Shown here: in pieces, positions 52,688 through 64,000 of the stretch
Layout: each line of letters starts with the position of its first letter
Position numbering within the stretch: the stretch's first letter is position 1
Source of the DNA: Octopus sinensis
Lineage: Eukaryota
Assembly (NCBI RefSeq): GCF_006345805.1
Contig: NC_043014.1
Span: 41,974,001 to 42,038,000 of the forward strand
Reading direction: 5' to 3'
Length of the DNA: 64,000 nt
Position numbers and translations under genes: made by a program
Notes under the pieces: generated by a model
Database searches by the model: none
Seen by the model: the letters and a program-made list of their open reading frames with translations, nothing else
What the model was told of the DNA's origin: nothing

Positions 52688-53079
52688 GAGAAGAATCTTT
52701 TTTTTTTTTACACAAAATATTTAACTTTGTCAAATCTGTTTCCAATATAATTATTATTTTTGTCAATTCCGTCTTTGTTAGTATAAGATTACTGTGAATG
52801 TAAAATTAAATGAAAAATGAATAGAATTTGTTTTTTAATTTGTAGATTAATGATATAAGGGTAAAAAAATAAAGATGGACAAATGTTATTTCTCCGAATT
52901 GATGCTGCTCTTCGTCTCTTATAGAGATTTTCTTAAAGACCTAATTTGCTTGTTGAAATACAAATTGTTCGTATCAGACTCGTACTTATGATTTTCAGCC
53001 TTCCATACTTACCGTAACCTACTAAAGCTTTCACTGCTTTAGAATTAAAATTGTCTACCGATATTATGGCATGTCATCT

Positions 53080-53085
53080 GTCTCT

Positions 53086-53146
<61 letters not shown>

Positions 53147-53153
53147 AGGGACG
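53080..53153 (+). tRNA. trnN: tRNA-Asn(GTT)
   Basis: Intact. Confidence 0.95.
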
Positions 53154-53639
53154 TTTCATTTTGTCAAATCTGTTTCCAATATATTTCTGTCACTCTCGTC
53201 TTTGTTAATATAAGATTAGTTAAATGTAAAGTTTAACTAAAACATAGTTAGAAATTTAAAAGAATGACAGATAAAAAAGTTGTTTCTCAGCTCAATTTTT
53301 TTTCAACTACTCACTAAAGAAGGAACTGACTCGATGTCTAGAGTGTCCCTTTGAACCTTTAAGACGACTGCAGCTTCGATATCATATATATACCTTCATT
53401 AGTTCACGTTAATTCTCACCCTTGGCTAGTTATAAATTCCTGCCTTCCATACATGAGAAACCCAAACTAAACTTAACTACATTGATATGCGAAGTATATA
53501 TAAATTCCTTTATAAAGTCATTTCTCAGCTCATTCTAATTACTTATCAATTCCAGGCTTCCATATATGACCAATAAAATCAATCTTGGCTATATAATAAA
53601 CACAAATAAATACTTCGTTGAAAAAGCTTTCCGTCAGTT

Positions 53640-53671
53640 GTCTCTGTGGCGCAATAGGTTAGCGCGTTCTT

Positions 53672-53706
<35 letters not shown>

Positions 53707-53712
53707 AGGACG
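53640..53712 (+). pseudogene. trnN: tRNA-Asn with disrupted anticodon stem and 1-nt deletion
   Basis: GTTCTTCTGTTAACC...CAGGACG; paralog of 49402. Confidence 0.7.
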
Positions 53713-54063
53713 AGTGAAGCATTTTTCAAAAGACGCTGAATTTGTCAAATCTATCTTTAATTACATTTTTAATTTGCATTCCCATCTTAATATAAAATCA
53801 TTTAAATGTCAATGTAAATAAAACATGGAATTTTTTTTAATTAAAGATTAATGATATAAGGGCCAAGAAAAATAAATAAACGTTACTCTTACTATTGATT
53901 CTGCTTTCGTTCTTATAGAGATTTTCGTAACGAGCTAATTACTTGTTGAAATACTAAATAGTATCGCATCAAACTCGTATTTATCATTTTCAGCCTTCCA
54001 TACTTAACATGGCCTACTTAAAAATTTCACTTCTTTACAAATGCGCAAGAATTTCTGTCGGCT

Positions 54064-54069
54064 GTCTCT

Positions 54070-54112
<43 letters not shown>

Positions 54113-54137
54113 AGTGGTTCAAGTCCACTCAGGGACG
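54064..54137 (+). tRNA. trnN: tRNA-Asn(GTT), A49-U65 isodecoder
   Basis: T stem AGTGG/CCACT. Confidence 0.93.
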
Positions 54138-54528
54138 GAAAGAAGATTTTTTTTTTTTTTACAAAATATTTAACTTTGTCAAATCTGTTTCCAATATAGA
54201 TTATTTTTGTCAATCACGTCTTTGTTAGTATAAGATTACTTGAATGTAAAATTAAATGAAACATGGATAGAATTCTTTTTTTAATTTGTAGATTAATGAT
54301 ATAAGGGTAAAAAAATAAACATGGACAAATGTTATTTCTCCGAATTGATGCTGCCTTCGTCTCTTATAGAGATTTTCTTAAAGACCTAATTTGCTTGTTG
54401 AAATACCAAATTGTTTCGTATCAGACTCGTACTTATCATTTTCAGCCTTCCATACTTACCGTAACCTACTTAAAGCTTTCACTGCTTTAGAAAATAAAAG
54501 CGTCTGCAGATAATACGGCATGTCATGC

Positions 54529-54602
54529 GTCTCTGTGGCGCAATCGGTTAGCGTGTTCGGCTGTTAACCGAAAGGTTTGTGGTTCAAGCCCACCCAGAAA
54601 CG
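54529..54602 (+). pseudogene. trnN: Degenerate tRNA-Asn
   Basis: G49T, acceptor 3' strand CAGAAAC, C25T. Confidence 0.7.
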
Positions 54603-56004
54603 AGGGTTTTTTTTTTTTTAGTATGATCCCGCTTTACGGTGCCGAGCAAGATCGAACGAAACTTGTGCTTACCGTCTCAGTTAAATTTCCACAAAACTTT
54701 CCTGCGAAATATAGTCATAATTTAAGTAATTAATAGAATTATGATATTATTATGACGTCATAGTAATAGAAACGATTAACAATCGAACGTAAAGTCTCTT
54801 GTATATAGATTCTTTTATTCTTTTACTTGCTTCAATCATTTGACTGCGACCATACTGGAGCACCACCTTAAAGCTTTTTTTTCTTTTTTTAGTCGAAGAA
54901 ATCGACCCCAGGACTTCATCTCTGTAAAAAAACGTTTCCTTCTCGAACCATGCCAGTCTAATAGAGGCCGGTTTTCCGGTTTCAGTGGCGTAGAAATTCC
55001 CCACCTGGACGGGACTCCGATCCGTTTCAAGATCACTCATTTTTGCCAGCTGAGTGGACTGGAGCAACGTGAAATGATGTGTTTTGCTCAAGAACGCAAC
55101 GCATCACCCGGTGCAGGAATCGAAACCACAATCTTACGATCATAGGTCCCACACCCTAACCACTAAACCACGCGCCCGCGCCTCCGCTATTCTTTGTATA
55201 TCTAGTACTTATTCTATTGGTGACTTTTGTTAAACCGTTAAGTTACGGGGACACCAACATCGATTGCCAAGCGACGGCAGGGGGACAAATATAGACGCAA
55301 AGACACACAGACACACGAATAATTAATTACATATAAGTAGCTTGCTTATCAACCACATGGTTCCGGGTTCAGTCCCATTGCGTGGCACTTTGGGTAAGTG
55401 TTTTCTGTTATAGCCTCGGGCCGACCAATGCCTTGTGAGTGGATTTGGTAGACGGAAACTGAAAGAAGCCTGTCGTATATATGTATATGTATATATATAT
55501 GCATGTGCGTGTATATGTTGGTGTGTCTGTGTTTGTCCCCCTAGCATTGCTTGACAACCGATGCTGGTGTGTTTACGTCCCCGTTACTTAGCGGTTCGGC
55601 AAAAGAGACCGATAGAATAAGTACTGGGCTTACAAAGAATAAGTCCCGGGGTCGATTTGCTCGACTAGAGGCGGTGCTCCAGGATGGCCGCAGTCAAATG
55701 ACTGAAACAAGTAAAAGAGTAAAGAGTATACAAATTATTTAAAAAAGAAGTACAGTACAGTACTGTTTCTACTTCGCGGATTTTCACTTATCGCGGAGGT
55801 GTTTGGAACGTAACACCCGTGATAGTCGAGAGATTTACTGTATACTGAAAATTATATAAGTATAGATATCACTGCCGAAATTTTCCAGTCACGCGCTAAC
55901 CAGCTGATAACGGGTTTCGTGCCTTTCATACTTTAGAAAGCTAATTAAACATTGCTAAATTTCAAAACAATTAAATACCTTAGTGAGGGACATTACCAGC
56001 AGCT

Positions 56005-56027
56005 GTCTCTGTGGCGCAACCGGTTAA

Positions 56028-56061
<34 letters not shown>

Positions 56062-56078
56062 GAATCCACCCAGGGACG
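56005..56078 (+). tRNA. trnN: tRNA-Asn(GTT) variant (C13:A22)
   Basis: GGTTAACGCG. Confidence 0.8.
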
Positions 56079-56225
56079 ATCGTATTTGATATCTTAATTT
56101 TGGCCTTTCGTATCACAATTTCTGTTACTTATCAATTTCTGCCTTCCGTACATAAGAAAATCTAATTAAATTAGGCTTCATTGCAAAACAAATAATTACG
56201 TTGTGAACAAACTCCGTTATCAGTT

Positions 56226-56231
56226 GTCTCT

Positions 56232-56277
<46 letters not shown>

Positions 56278-56299
56278 CGTTCGAGCCCGCCCAGGGACG
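56226..56299 (+). tRNA. trnN: tRNA-Asn(GTT) variant with T-stem mismatch
   Basis: GGTCG/CCGCC. Confidence 0.7.
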
Positions 56300-56827
56300 A
56301 TGCACTTTCTTTTGATTTATTTATATCAATATATCTATACACCTCAGGGAATAAGATATATCTTCACTTTAATAGTATAATTCTTACACATCACTTTCTT
56401 GCGCATAATGGTTCAACTCAAAAATCTTTGCCCGTCCACATTATACTAATTTTCGTGAAATATATCAATCTCTCTCCATAACACGTTTTGTTATTTAAGC
56501 TTACGTCGATTCCTCAGTGGTGTTATTTTGCATTTATGATAAAATAAATATATACAAATTATTAAAAAAAGAAATTCAGTACAGTACTGTTTCTACTTCG
56601 CGGGTTTTCACTTATCGCGAACGTATTTGGAACGTAACACTCGTGACAGTCGAGAGATCACTGTATACTGAAAATTATATAAGTATAGATATCACTGCCG
56701 AAATTTCCCAGTCACGCGCTAACCAGCTGATAACGGACTTCGGGCCTCTCATACTTTAGAAAGCTAATTAAACATTGCTAACTTTCAAAACAATTAAATA
56801 CCTTAGTGAGGGAAGTCACCAGCAGCT

Positions 56828-56843
56828 GTCTCTGTGGCGCAAC

Positions 56844-56884
<41 letters not shown>

Positions 56885-56901
56885 GAATCCACCCAGGGAC
56901 G
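56828..56901 (+). tRNA. trnN: tRNA-Asn(GTT)
   Basis: Intact. Confidence 0.95.
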
Positions 56902-57102
56902 GTAGTATTTTTGATATTTTACTTTTGGACTTTCGTATCACAATTTTTGAACGTATATTCTAATCTGAAGAGGAAATATATATAATTAATAATATAAAAA
57001 AACGACTTAAAATAAATAATAGATTTCTCTACATCAGTACCCTAACATTGTTTATCGTATCATTGAACTCTGAAATTATATATAGATACACGCACACATA
57101 CA

Positions 57103-57136
<34 letters not shown>

Positions 57137-57431
57137 ACACATACATATATATATATATATATGACTGAATGGTGTTCATAAACACAGCTACCTTGTACAT
57201 TAAAAGATAATAATCAATGCTATTACTTTGATCAAATTTAAATATATTTTTTTAAGTAGTTTATTATAGGCGCAGGATTGGTTGTGTGGTAAGTAGCTTG
57301 CTTACCAACCACATGATTCCGGGATCATTCCCATTGCGTGGCACCTTGGGCAAGTGTCTTCTACTATAGCCTCGGGCCGACCAAAGTCTTGTGAGTGGAT
57401 TTTGTAGACAGAAACTGAAAGAAGCCTATCG

Positions 57432-57492
<61 letters not shown>

Positions 57493-58185
57493 GTGTATGT
57501 CCCCAACATCGCTTGACAAGCAATTGTGGTGTGTTTACGTCCCTGTAACTTAGCGGTTCCGCTTACAAGGCTTACAAACAATAAGTCCTGGGGTATATTT
57601 GCTCGACTAAAGGCGGTGCTTCAGCATAGCTGCAGTCAAATGACTGAAACAAGTAAAAGAGTGTAATACAGCTTTTCGTCCATCTTTACCTTCTGAGTCC
57701 GAATGCCACCGGGGTCGACTTTACCCTTCATCCTTTCGAGGTCGATAAAATTAGTACCAGTTAAACACTGGGGTTGATGAAATCGTCTAGCCCTCTACTC
57801 CACCGAAACTGCTGGCCTCCCGCCAAAACCCCAGAAAATCAATTTACCTCAAAACACACAATACTCCCTGCATCTTATAATACCTAATATTTTGTCATCC
57901 TAGTTTTTGGAAATGTACTTAAAACATAAGAGTCGTAGTTGATATGAATATTTTCTTTCAAAGAAAACTCACGACACCTTTAAATACCAGCGCCCCCTAT
58001 AGCGCCTCCTTGATATTTATCACATACTTGTGATCTCACAACGACCCCTCCTGGTACGCTAGACACTCAGATTTAAGAAAACCTGGTATAAAATATCCTA
58101 TAATATACCCTATTGCAGTTGTTTGATTATTTAATGATTCAGAAATTGTTTTAACATAAGAAAATGAGCTGGAATATATAAGATA

Positions 58186-58587
58186 CTAGCATTATCGCCC
58201 GGCGTTGCTCGAGTTTGTAAGGGAAATAACTATATAAGCATTTTTAGAGAGTTATAGCCAAAAAATAGCAAAAAAAAAATGCATTAAAAATTGAAAAAAA
58301 AATTATGGTAAATTTTTTTTTAAATCGTTGACTCATCGTAGACATTTTTAGAGAGTTACTTCCCTTATATAATAGCGAAAAAACGAATTAAAATGGAAAA
58401 AAATGATGGTAAATTATTTTTAAAATCGTAGACTCATCGTAGACACGCGCTAATACCCAGAAGGGCTCGATATGAATCACGACTATAAGATACCCGCTTT
58501 TGGTTACACTGCACCGCAAAATGTGGGAGTAGTTAGGAATCTAAATCGTAGGAGACAGACACACAACTTGACTTTTATATATAAAGA
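58186..58587 (-). mobile_element. Non-autonomous Helitron-like element (duplicate of 47247)
   Basis: Same termini and flanks, offset 10939. Confidence 0.8.
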
Positions 58588-58868
58588 TATATTTTTTAGA
58601 GATTTTCCGAGACAGTGAAATTGCCCAGGGGCGCCATGGTTGTATTGTCCTAATGTTAATATCTGTATGCTGTGGTTCTGTATGCGCAGTTTTATTCGAA
58701 GGTCTATAATACGGGTAAGACTTCATATAAATTCCTTTACTAAAGTCATTTCTCAGCTCATACTTATTGCTTATCAATTCCAGGCTTCCATATATAACCA
58801 AATTAAATCAATCTAGGCTATATAATAAACACAAATGAATACTTTGTTGAAAAAGCCTTCTGTCAGTT

Positions 58869-58874
58869 GTCTCT

Positions 58875-58928
<54 letters not shown>

Positions 58929-58942
58929 TCCACCCAGGGACG
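58869..58942 (+). tRNA. trnN: tRNA-Asn(GTT)
   Basis: Intact. Confidence 0.95.
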
Positions 58943-59304
58943 GGTGAATCTTTTTTTTCAAAAGACGCTGAATTTTTCAAATCTATCTTAATATAGATTT
59001 TTTGCATTCCCGTCTTAATATAAAATTATTTAAATGTAAATGTAAATAAAACATGGATAACTTTTTTTAATTAAAGATTAATGATATAAGGGCCAAAGAA
59101 AAATAAATAAACGTTACTTCTTACTATTGATTCTGCTTTCGTCTCTTATAGAGATTTTCGTAACGAGCTAATTTGTTGAAATACTAAATAGTATCGCATC
59201 AAACTCGTATTTATCATTTTCAGCCTTCCATACTTAACATGGACTACTTAAAGCTTTCACTTCTTTACAAATGAAAACAGTCTGCGCATAAAGTTCAGTC
59301 AGCT

Positions 59305-59310
59305 GTATCT

Positions 59311-59361
<51 letters not shown>

Positions 59362-59378
59362 GAATCCACCCAGGGACG
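59305..59378 (+). tRNA. trnN: tRNA-Asn(GTT) variant (A3:G70 mismatch)
   Basis: Starts GTATCTG. Confidence 0.75.
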
Positions 59379-60591
59379 GAGGTAATTTTGGTATTTTACT
59401 TTTGGACTTTCGTATCACAATTTTTGAACGTATATTCTAATCTGAAGAGGAAATATATATAATTAATAATATAAAAAAACGACTTAAAATAAATAATAGA
59501 TCTCCCTACATCAGTACCCTAACATTGTTTATCTTATCATTGAACTATGAAATTATATATAGATACACGCACACATACACTCACATACACACACACATAT
59601 ATATATATATATACATATATATGACTGAATGGCGTTCATAAACACAGCCACCTTACCTTGTACATTAAAAGATAATAATCAATGCTATTACTTTGATCAA
59701 ATTTAAATATATTTTTAAAGTAGTTTATTATAGGCGCAGGATTGGTTGTGTGGTAAGTAGCTTGCTTACCAAACACATGGTTCCGGGTTCATTCCTATTG
59801 CCTGGCACCTTGGGCAAGTGTTTTCTACTATAGCCTCGAGTGGATTTTGTAGACAGAAACTGAAAGAAGCCTGTCGTATATGTGTGTGTGTTCATGTGTG
59901 TGTGTGTGTGTGTATGTGTGTGTGTGTGTGTGTGTGTATGTGTGTGTGTGTTTATATATATATATATATGTGTGTGTATTTCCCCATCATCGCTTGACAA
60001 GCAATTGTGGTGTGTTTACGTCCCTGTAACTTAGCGGTTCGGCATACTAGGCTTACAAACAATAAGTCCTGGGGTCGATTTGCTCGGCTAAAGGCGGTGC
60101 TCCAGCATGGCTGCAGTCAAATGACTGAAACAAGTAAAAGAGTGTAATACAGCTTTTCGTCCATCTTTACCTTCTGAGTCCGAATGCCACCGGGGTCGAC
60201 TTTACCCTTCATCCTTTCGAGGTCGATAAAATTAGTACCAGTTAAACACTGGGGTTGATGAAATCTCCACCGAAACTGCTGGCCTCCCGCCAAAATCCCA
60301 GAAAATCAATTTACCTCAAAACACACAGTACTCCCTGCATCTTATAATACCTAATATTTTGTCATCCTAGTTTTTGGAAATGTACTTAAAACATAAGAGT
60401 CGTAGTTGATATGAATATTTTCTTTCAAAGAAATATCACGACACCTTTAAATACCAGCGCCCCCTATAGCACCTCCTTGATATTTATCACATACTTGTGA
60501 TCTCACAACGACCCCTCCTTGTACGCTAGACACTCAGATTTAAGAAAACCTGGTATAAAATATCCTATAAAAATATCCTATAATATATCCT

Positions 60592-60902
60592 GTGGAGGCG
60601 CAATGGCCTAGTGGTTAGGGCAGCGGACTCGTGGTCGTAGGATCGCGGTTTCGATTCCCAGACCGGGCGTTGTGAGTGTTTATTGAGCGAAAACACTTAA
60701 AGCTCCACGAGGCTCTGGCAGGGGGTGGTGGCGACCCCTGCTGTACTCTTTCACCACAACTTTCTCTCACTCTTTCTTCTGTTGGCCTGCTCGCTTGGCC
60801 AGCGGGGTGGCGTCATTTGAAGGCTAAAACAATGCGAAGCGCATTGTGACCAGCGATGTGTAACAACATCTGATAGCCTGGTCGGTCACGGTGATTACGG
60901 TG
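60592..60902 (+). mobile_element. SINE family C (tail type 2) with 12-bp TSD
   Basis: TSD ataatatatcct at 60580-91 and 60903-14; absent from paralogous spacers near 47160 and 58100. Confidence 0.9.
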
Positions 60903-61269
60903 ATAATATATCCTATTACAGTTGTTTGATTATTTTATGATTCAGAAATTGTTTTAACATAAGAAAAATGAACTGGAATATATAAGATATCTATTTTAGA
61001 GATTTTCCGAGACAGTGAAGTTGCCCAGGGGCGCCATGGTTGTATTGTCCTAATGTTAATGTCTGTATGCTGTGGTCCTGTATGCGCAGCTTTATTCGAA
61101 GGTCTATAATACGGGTAAGACTTCATATAAATTCCTTTACTATAGTCATTTCTCAGCTCATTCTTATTGCTTATCAATTCCAGGCTTCCATATATAACCA
61201 AATTAAATCAATCTAGGCTATATAATAAACACAAATAAATACTTTGTTGAAAAAAACATTCTGTCAGTT

Positions 61270-61286
61270 GTCTCTGTGGCGCAATT

Positions 61287-61336
<50 letters not shown>

Positions 61337-61343
61337 AGGGACG
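61270..61343 (+). tRNA. trnN: tRNA-Asn(GTT)
   Basis: Stems intact, D loop AATTGG. Confidence 0.92.
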
Positions 61344-61401
61344 GGTGAAGCTTTTTTCTTTCAAAAGACGCTGAATTTTGTCAAATCTATCTTTATAGAT
61401 T

Positions 61402-61526
61402 TTGTTATATTTCGGAAAGGTCATATTGCCAGTTTAGCCAATAAAAACACACGCACTATATATTTGGTGTTATTTTGCTTCAGTGATATTTATTTTTTAC
61501 ATTAATCTTAATCTTATTTCGGCCAG
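61402..61526. mobile_element. 125-bp insertion with 13-bp flanking direct repeat
   Basis: atctttatagatt at 61389-401 and 61527-39; absent from the paralogous spacers after 48004 and 58942. Confidence 0.7.
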
Positions 61527-61855
61527 ATCTTTATAGATTCTTTTTTGCATTCCCGTGTTAATATAAAATTATTTAAATGTCAATGTAAATAAAACATGGA
61601 TAATTTTTTTTTTTTAATTAAAGATTAATGATATAAGGGCCAAAGAAAAATAAATAAACGTTACTTCTTACTATTGATTCTGCTTTCGTCTCTTATAGAG
61701 ATTTTCGTAACGAGCTAATTTACTTGTTGAAATACTAAATAGTATCGCATCAAACTCGTATTTATCATTTTCAGCCTTCCATACTTAACATGACCTACTT
61801 AAAAATTTCACTTCTTCACAAATGAAAACAGTCTGCGCACGATTTTCTGCCAATT

Positions 61856-61861
61856 GTCTCT

Positions 61862-61904
<43 letters not shown>

Positions 61905-61929
61905 AGTGGTTCAAGTCCACTCAGGGACG
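61856..61929 (+). tRNA. trnN: tRNA-Asn(GTT), A49-U65 isodecoder
   Basis: T stem AGTGG/CCACT. Confidence 0.93.
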
Positions 61930-62242
61930 GACAGAAAATTTCTTTTTTTTTTACAAAATATTTAACTTTGTCAAATCTGTTTCCAATATAGATTTTTTTT
62001 GTCAATCTCGTCTTTGTTAGTATAAGATTACTTGAATGTAAAATTAAATGAAACATGAATAGAATTTTTTTTAATTTGTAGATTAATGATATAAGGGTAA
62101 CAGAAAAGATGGACAAATGTTATTTCTCCGAATTGATGCTGCCTTCGTCTCTTATAGAGATTTTCTTAAAGACCTAATTTGCTTGTTGAAATACCAAATT
62201 GTTTCGTATCAGACCGTCTGCAGATAAAACGGCATGCCATGT

Positions 62243-62248
62243 GTCTCT

Positions 62249-62301
<53 letters not shown>

Positions 62302-62316
62302 TCCCACCCAGGGACG
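62243..62316 (+). tRNA. trnN: tRNA-Asn(GTT)
   Basis: Intact, T loop TTCAATC. Confidence 0.93.
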
Positions 62317-62650
62317 TTTATTTCATTTTTTTTTTCTTAGTTTTCATTTTGTCAAACCTGTTTTCAATATAGATTTCTGTCAATCTCGTCTTTGTAATTA
62401 TAAGATTAGTTAAATGTAATTTTTAAATAAAACACAGATATAAAATTGACTTTTAACTTTGTCAAATGTTTTCAATATAGATTAATGTCAATCTCGTCTT
62501 TTTTAATATAAGATTATTTAGATGCACAATTAAATAAAATATGGACAGAAACAAAAACAAAAATGATAGATTAATACTGTAAGGGTAAAATATAAGCATT
62601 ATTTGTCAGTTCTGATACAGAAGTCGTTTCTTATAGCGATTTTCTTAAAG

Positions 62651-62930
62651 TGCTAGTTTATCAGAAAATCAGTGATTGTGTGTCTCTTATTTTCTATATA
62701 TTGCAAACTGGGGGGAACTACTGCTATGACTAACAGACGAGTATCCATCACAGAAGATGACCATAATAATGTCGAAACCGATCGGTCTGATGGTTTCGAT
62801 AGCTGGAATGGTAAGGAGTTCTCTCCCCCATTTGCAATATATATCAAAAGCGAAGAGCACTGGGCAAATAGCTGGAGGAGACGTCCTCCTGAGGTTAAAA
62901 TAGCAGTATCGTCCGTTCTTAGAGTACAAT
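62651..62930 (+). mobile_element. Foreign ~280-bp hammerhead-bearing insertion in a tRNA spacer (right boundary approximate)
   Basis: Not homologous to the other spacers; contains a hammerhead motif and an outer inverted repeat. Confidence 0.6.
62745..62793 (+). ncRNA. Type I hammerhead motif, one substitution from canonical (U4 replaced by A)
   Basis: CCATCA CAGAAGA T GAC-CATAATAAT-GTC GAA ACCGATCGGT C TGATGG: 6-bp helix I, 10-nt palindromic helix III, GUC triplet (cut after 62787). Confidence 0.7.
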
Positions 62931-63131
62931 CATGTATAGACGGAGATCAACATTACTTCTCAGTATTGACACTGCTTTCGACTCTTAAAGAGATTTGCTT
63001 GTTGAAATACTAAATTGTCTCGCGTCAAACCCTTATTTATCAATTTCTGTGTTCCATACTTAGCGTGGCATATTAAAGCTCTCACCACTTCACGAAATGA
63101 AACAGTCTGCAGGTAAGCTTGATCATCAGCT

Positions 63132-63137
63132 GTCTCT

Positions 63138-63170
<33 letters not shown>

Positions 63171-63205
63171 TCGAAAGGTTGGTGGTTCGAATCCACCCAG
63201 GGACG
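63132..63205 (+). tRNA. trnN: tRNA-Asn(GTT), G31-U39 variant
   Basis: Stems intact with one wobble pair. Confidence 0.88.
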
Positions 63206-63458
63206 AGCGAATATCTTCCTTTTCTTTTTACAAAACAATTAACTTTGTCAAATCTGTTTTTATTTAAAAATTTTTTTTTCTCAATCCCGTCTCCTATAGA
63301 GATTTTCTTAAAGACCTAATTTGCTTGTTGAAATACCAAATTGTTTCGTATCAGACTCGTACTTATCATTTTCAGCCATCCATACTTACCGTAACCTACT
63401 TAAAGCTTTCACTGCTTTAGAAAATAAAATCGTCTGCAGATAATACGGCATGCCATGT

Positions 63459-63532
63459 GTCTCTGTGGCGCAATCGGTTAGCGCATTCGGTTGTTAACCA
63501 AAATGTTGGTGGTTCAAGCCCATCCAGGGACG
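63459..63532 (+). pseudogene. trnN: Degenerate tRNA-Asn (C29:A41 mismatch and others)
   Basis: Six substitutions; GTT anticodon retained. Confidence 0.7.
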
Positions 63533-63873
63533 TTTATTTCATTTTTTTTCTTAGTTTTCATTTTGTCGAACCTGTTTTCAATATAGATTTGTCAACCTCG
63601 TCTTTGTAATTATAAGATTAGTTAAATGAAATCTTTAAGTAAAACACAGATATAAATTTAAAAGAATGAGAAACAAATGTTATTTCTCAGTATAGATATT
63701 GCTTTCGTCTCGTATAGAGATTTTCTAAACGAGCTAATTTGTTTGTTGAAACCCAAATTCTTTCGTATCAAACTCGCATTTATCGTTTTCAGTCTTCCAT
63801 ACTGACAATGGCTTTCTCAAATCTTTCACTGCTTTACGAATTGAAAGTCTCCGCAAACAAACGTGTCCCAGTT

Positions 63874-63947
63874 GTCTCTGTGACGCAATCGGTTAGCGCG
63901 TTCGGTTTTTAACCGAAAGGCTGGTGGTTCAAGCCCACCCAGGGTCG
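63874..63947 (+). pseudogene. tRNA-Asn-derived copy with TTT (Lys) anticodon
   Basis: Anticodon arm TTCGG-TTTTTAA-CCGAA; also G10A and a T2:T71 mismatch. Confidence 0.75.
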
Positions 63948-64000
63948 GGTCAAGCTTTTTTTCTTTCAAAAGACGCTGAATTTTGTCTAATCTATCTTTA

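Noticed and set aside
62643-62990. Apparent 8-bp TSD (tcttaaag) around the 62.7-kb insertion, and the 113-aa ORF at 62672-63013
   Set aside because: The right-hand match lies in a degenerate second copy of the normal spacer (ttcgtctcttatagagattt), so it is not a reliable TSD; the ORF has no recognisable domain and runs through the ribozyme motif.

Overview
AT-rich, microsatellite-dense eukaryotic DNA with no protein-coding gene that I can confidently support. Most supplied ORFs are translations of microsatellites, SINEs or tRNA genes. From recall (not checked), the repeat families resemble those of an octopod cephalopod (Octopus). The left half (1-30.5 kb) is a mosaic of tRNA-derived SINEs (several with target-site duplications), non-autonomous Helitron-like elements, a Dong/R4-type LINE tail set in (TAA)n, a 174/151-bp satellite, two long foldback hairpins and a 100-N gap. 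The right half (30.6-64 kb, running off the window) is a tRNA-Asn(GTT) mega-cluster: 39 full or near-full copies, about 22 of them structurally intact. It is built as nested higher-order repeats with two oppositely oriented arms. The main hidden signal is a set of hammerhead-ribozyme motifs from five different short-element families (2.7 kb, 4.2 kb, 6.2/33.5/40.8 kb, 10.5 kb, 62.7 kb), most next to (TA)n. One follows a recognisable Penelope-like coding tail. Another lies in a 1.3-mer of a 532-bp unit whose 5' end falls 3 nt from the predicted self-cleavage site, as expected for a retrozyme or circular-RNA intermediate. All folds and coordinates were worked out by eye.
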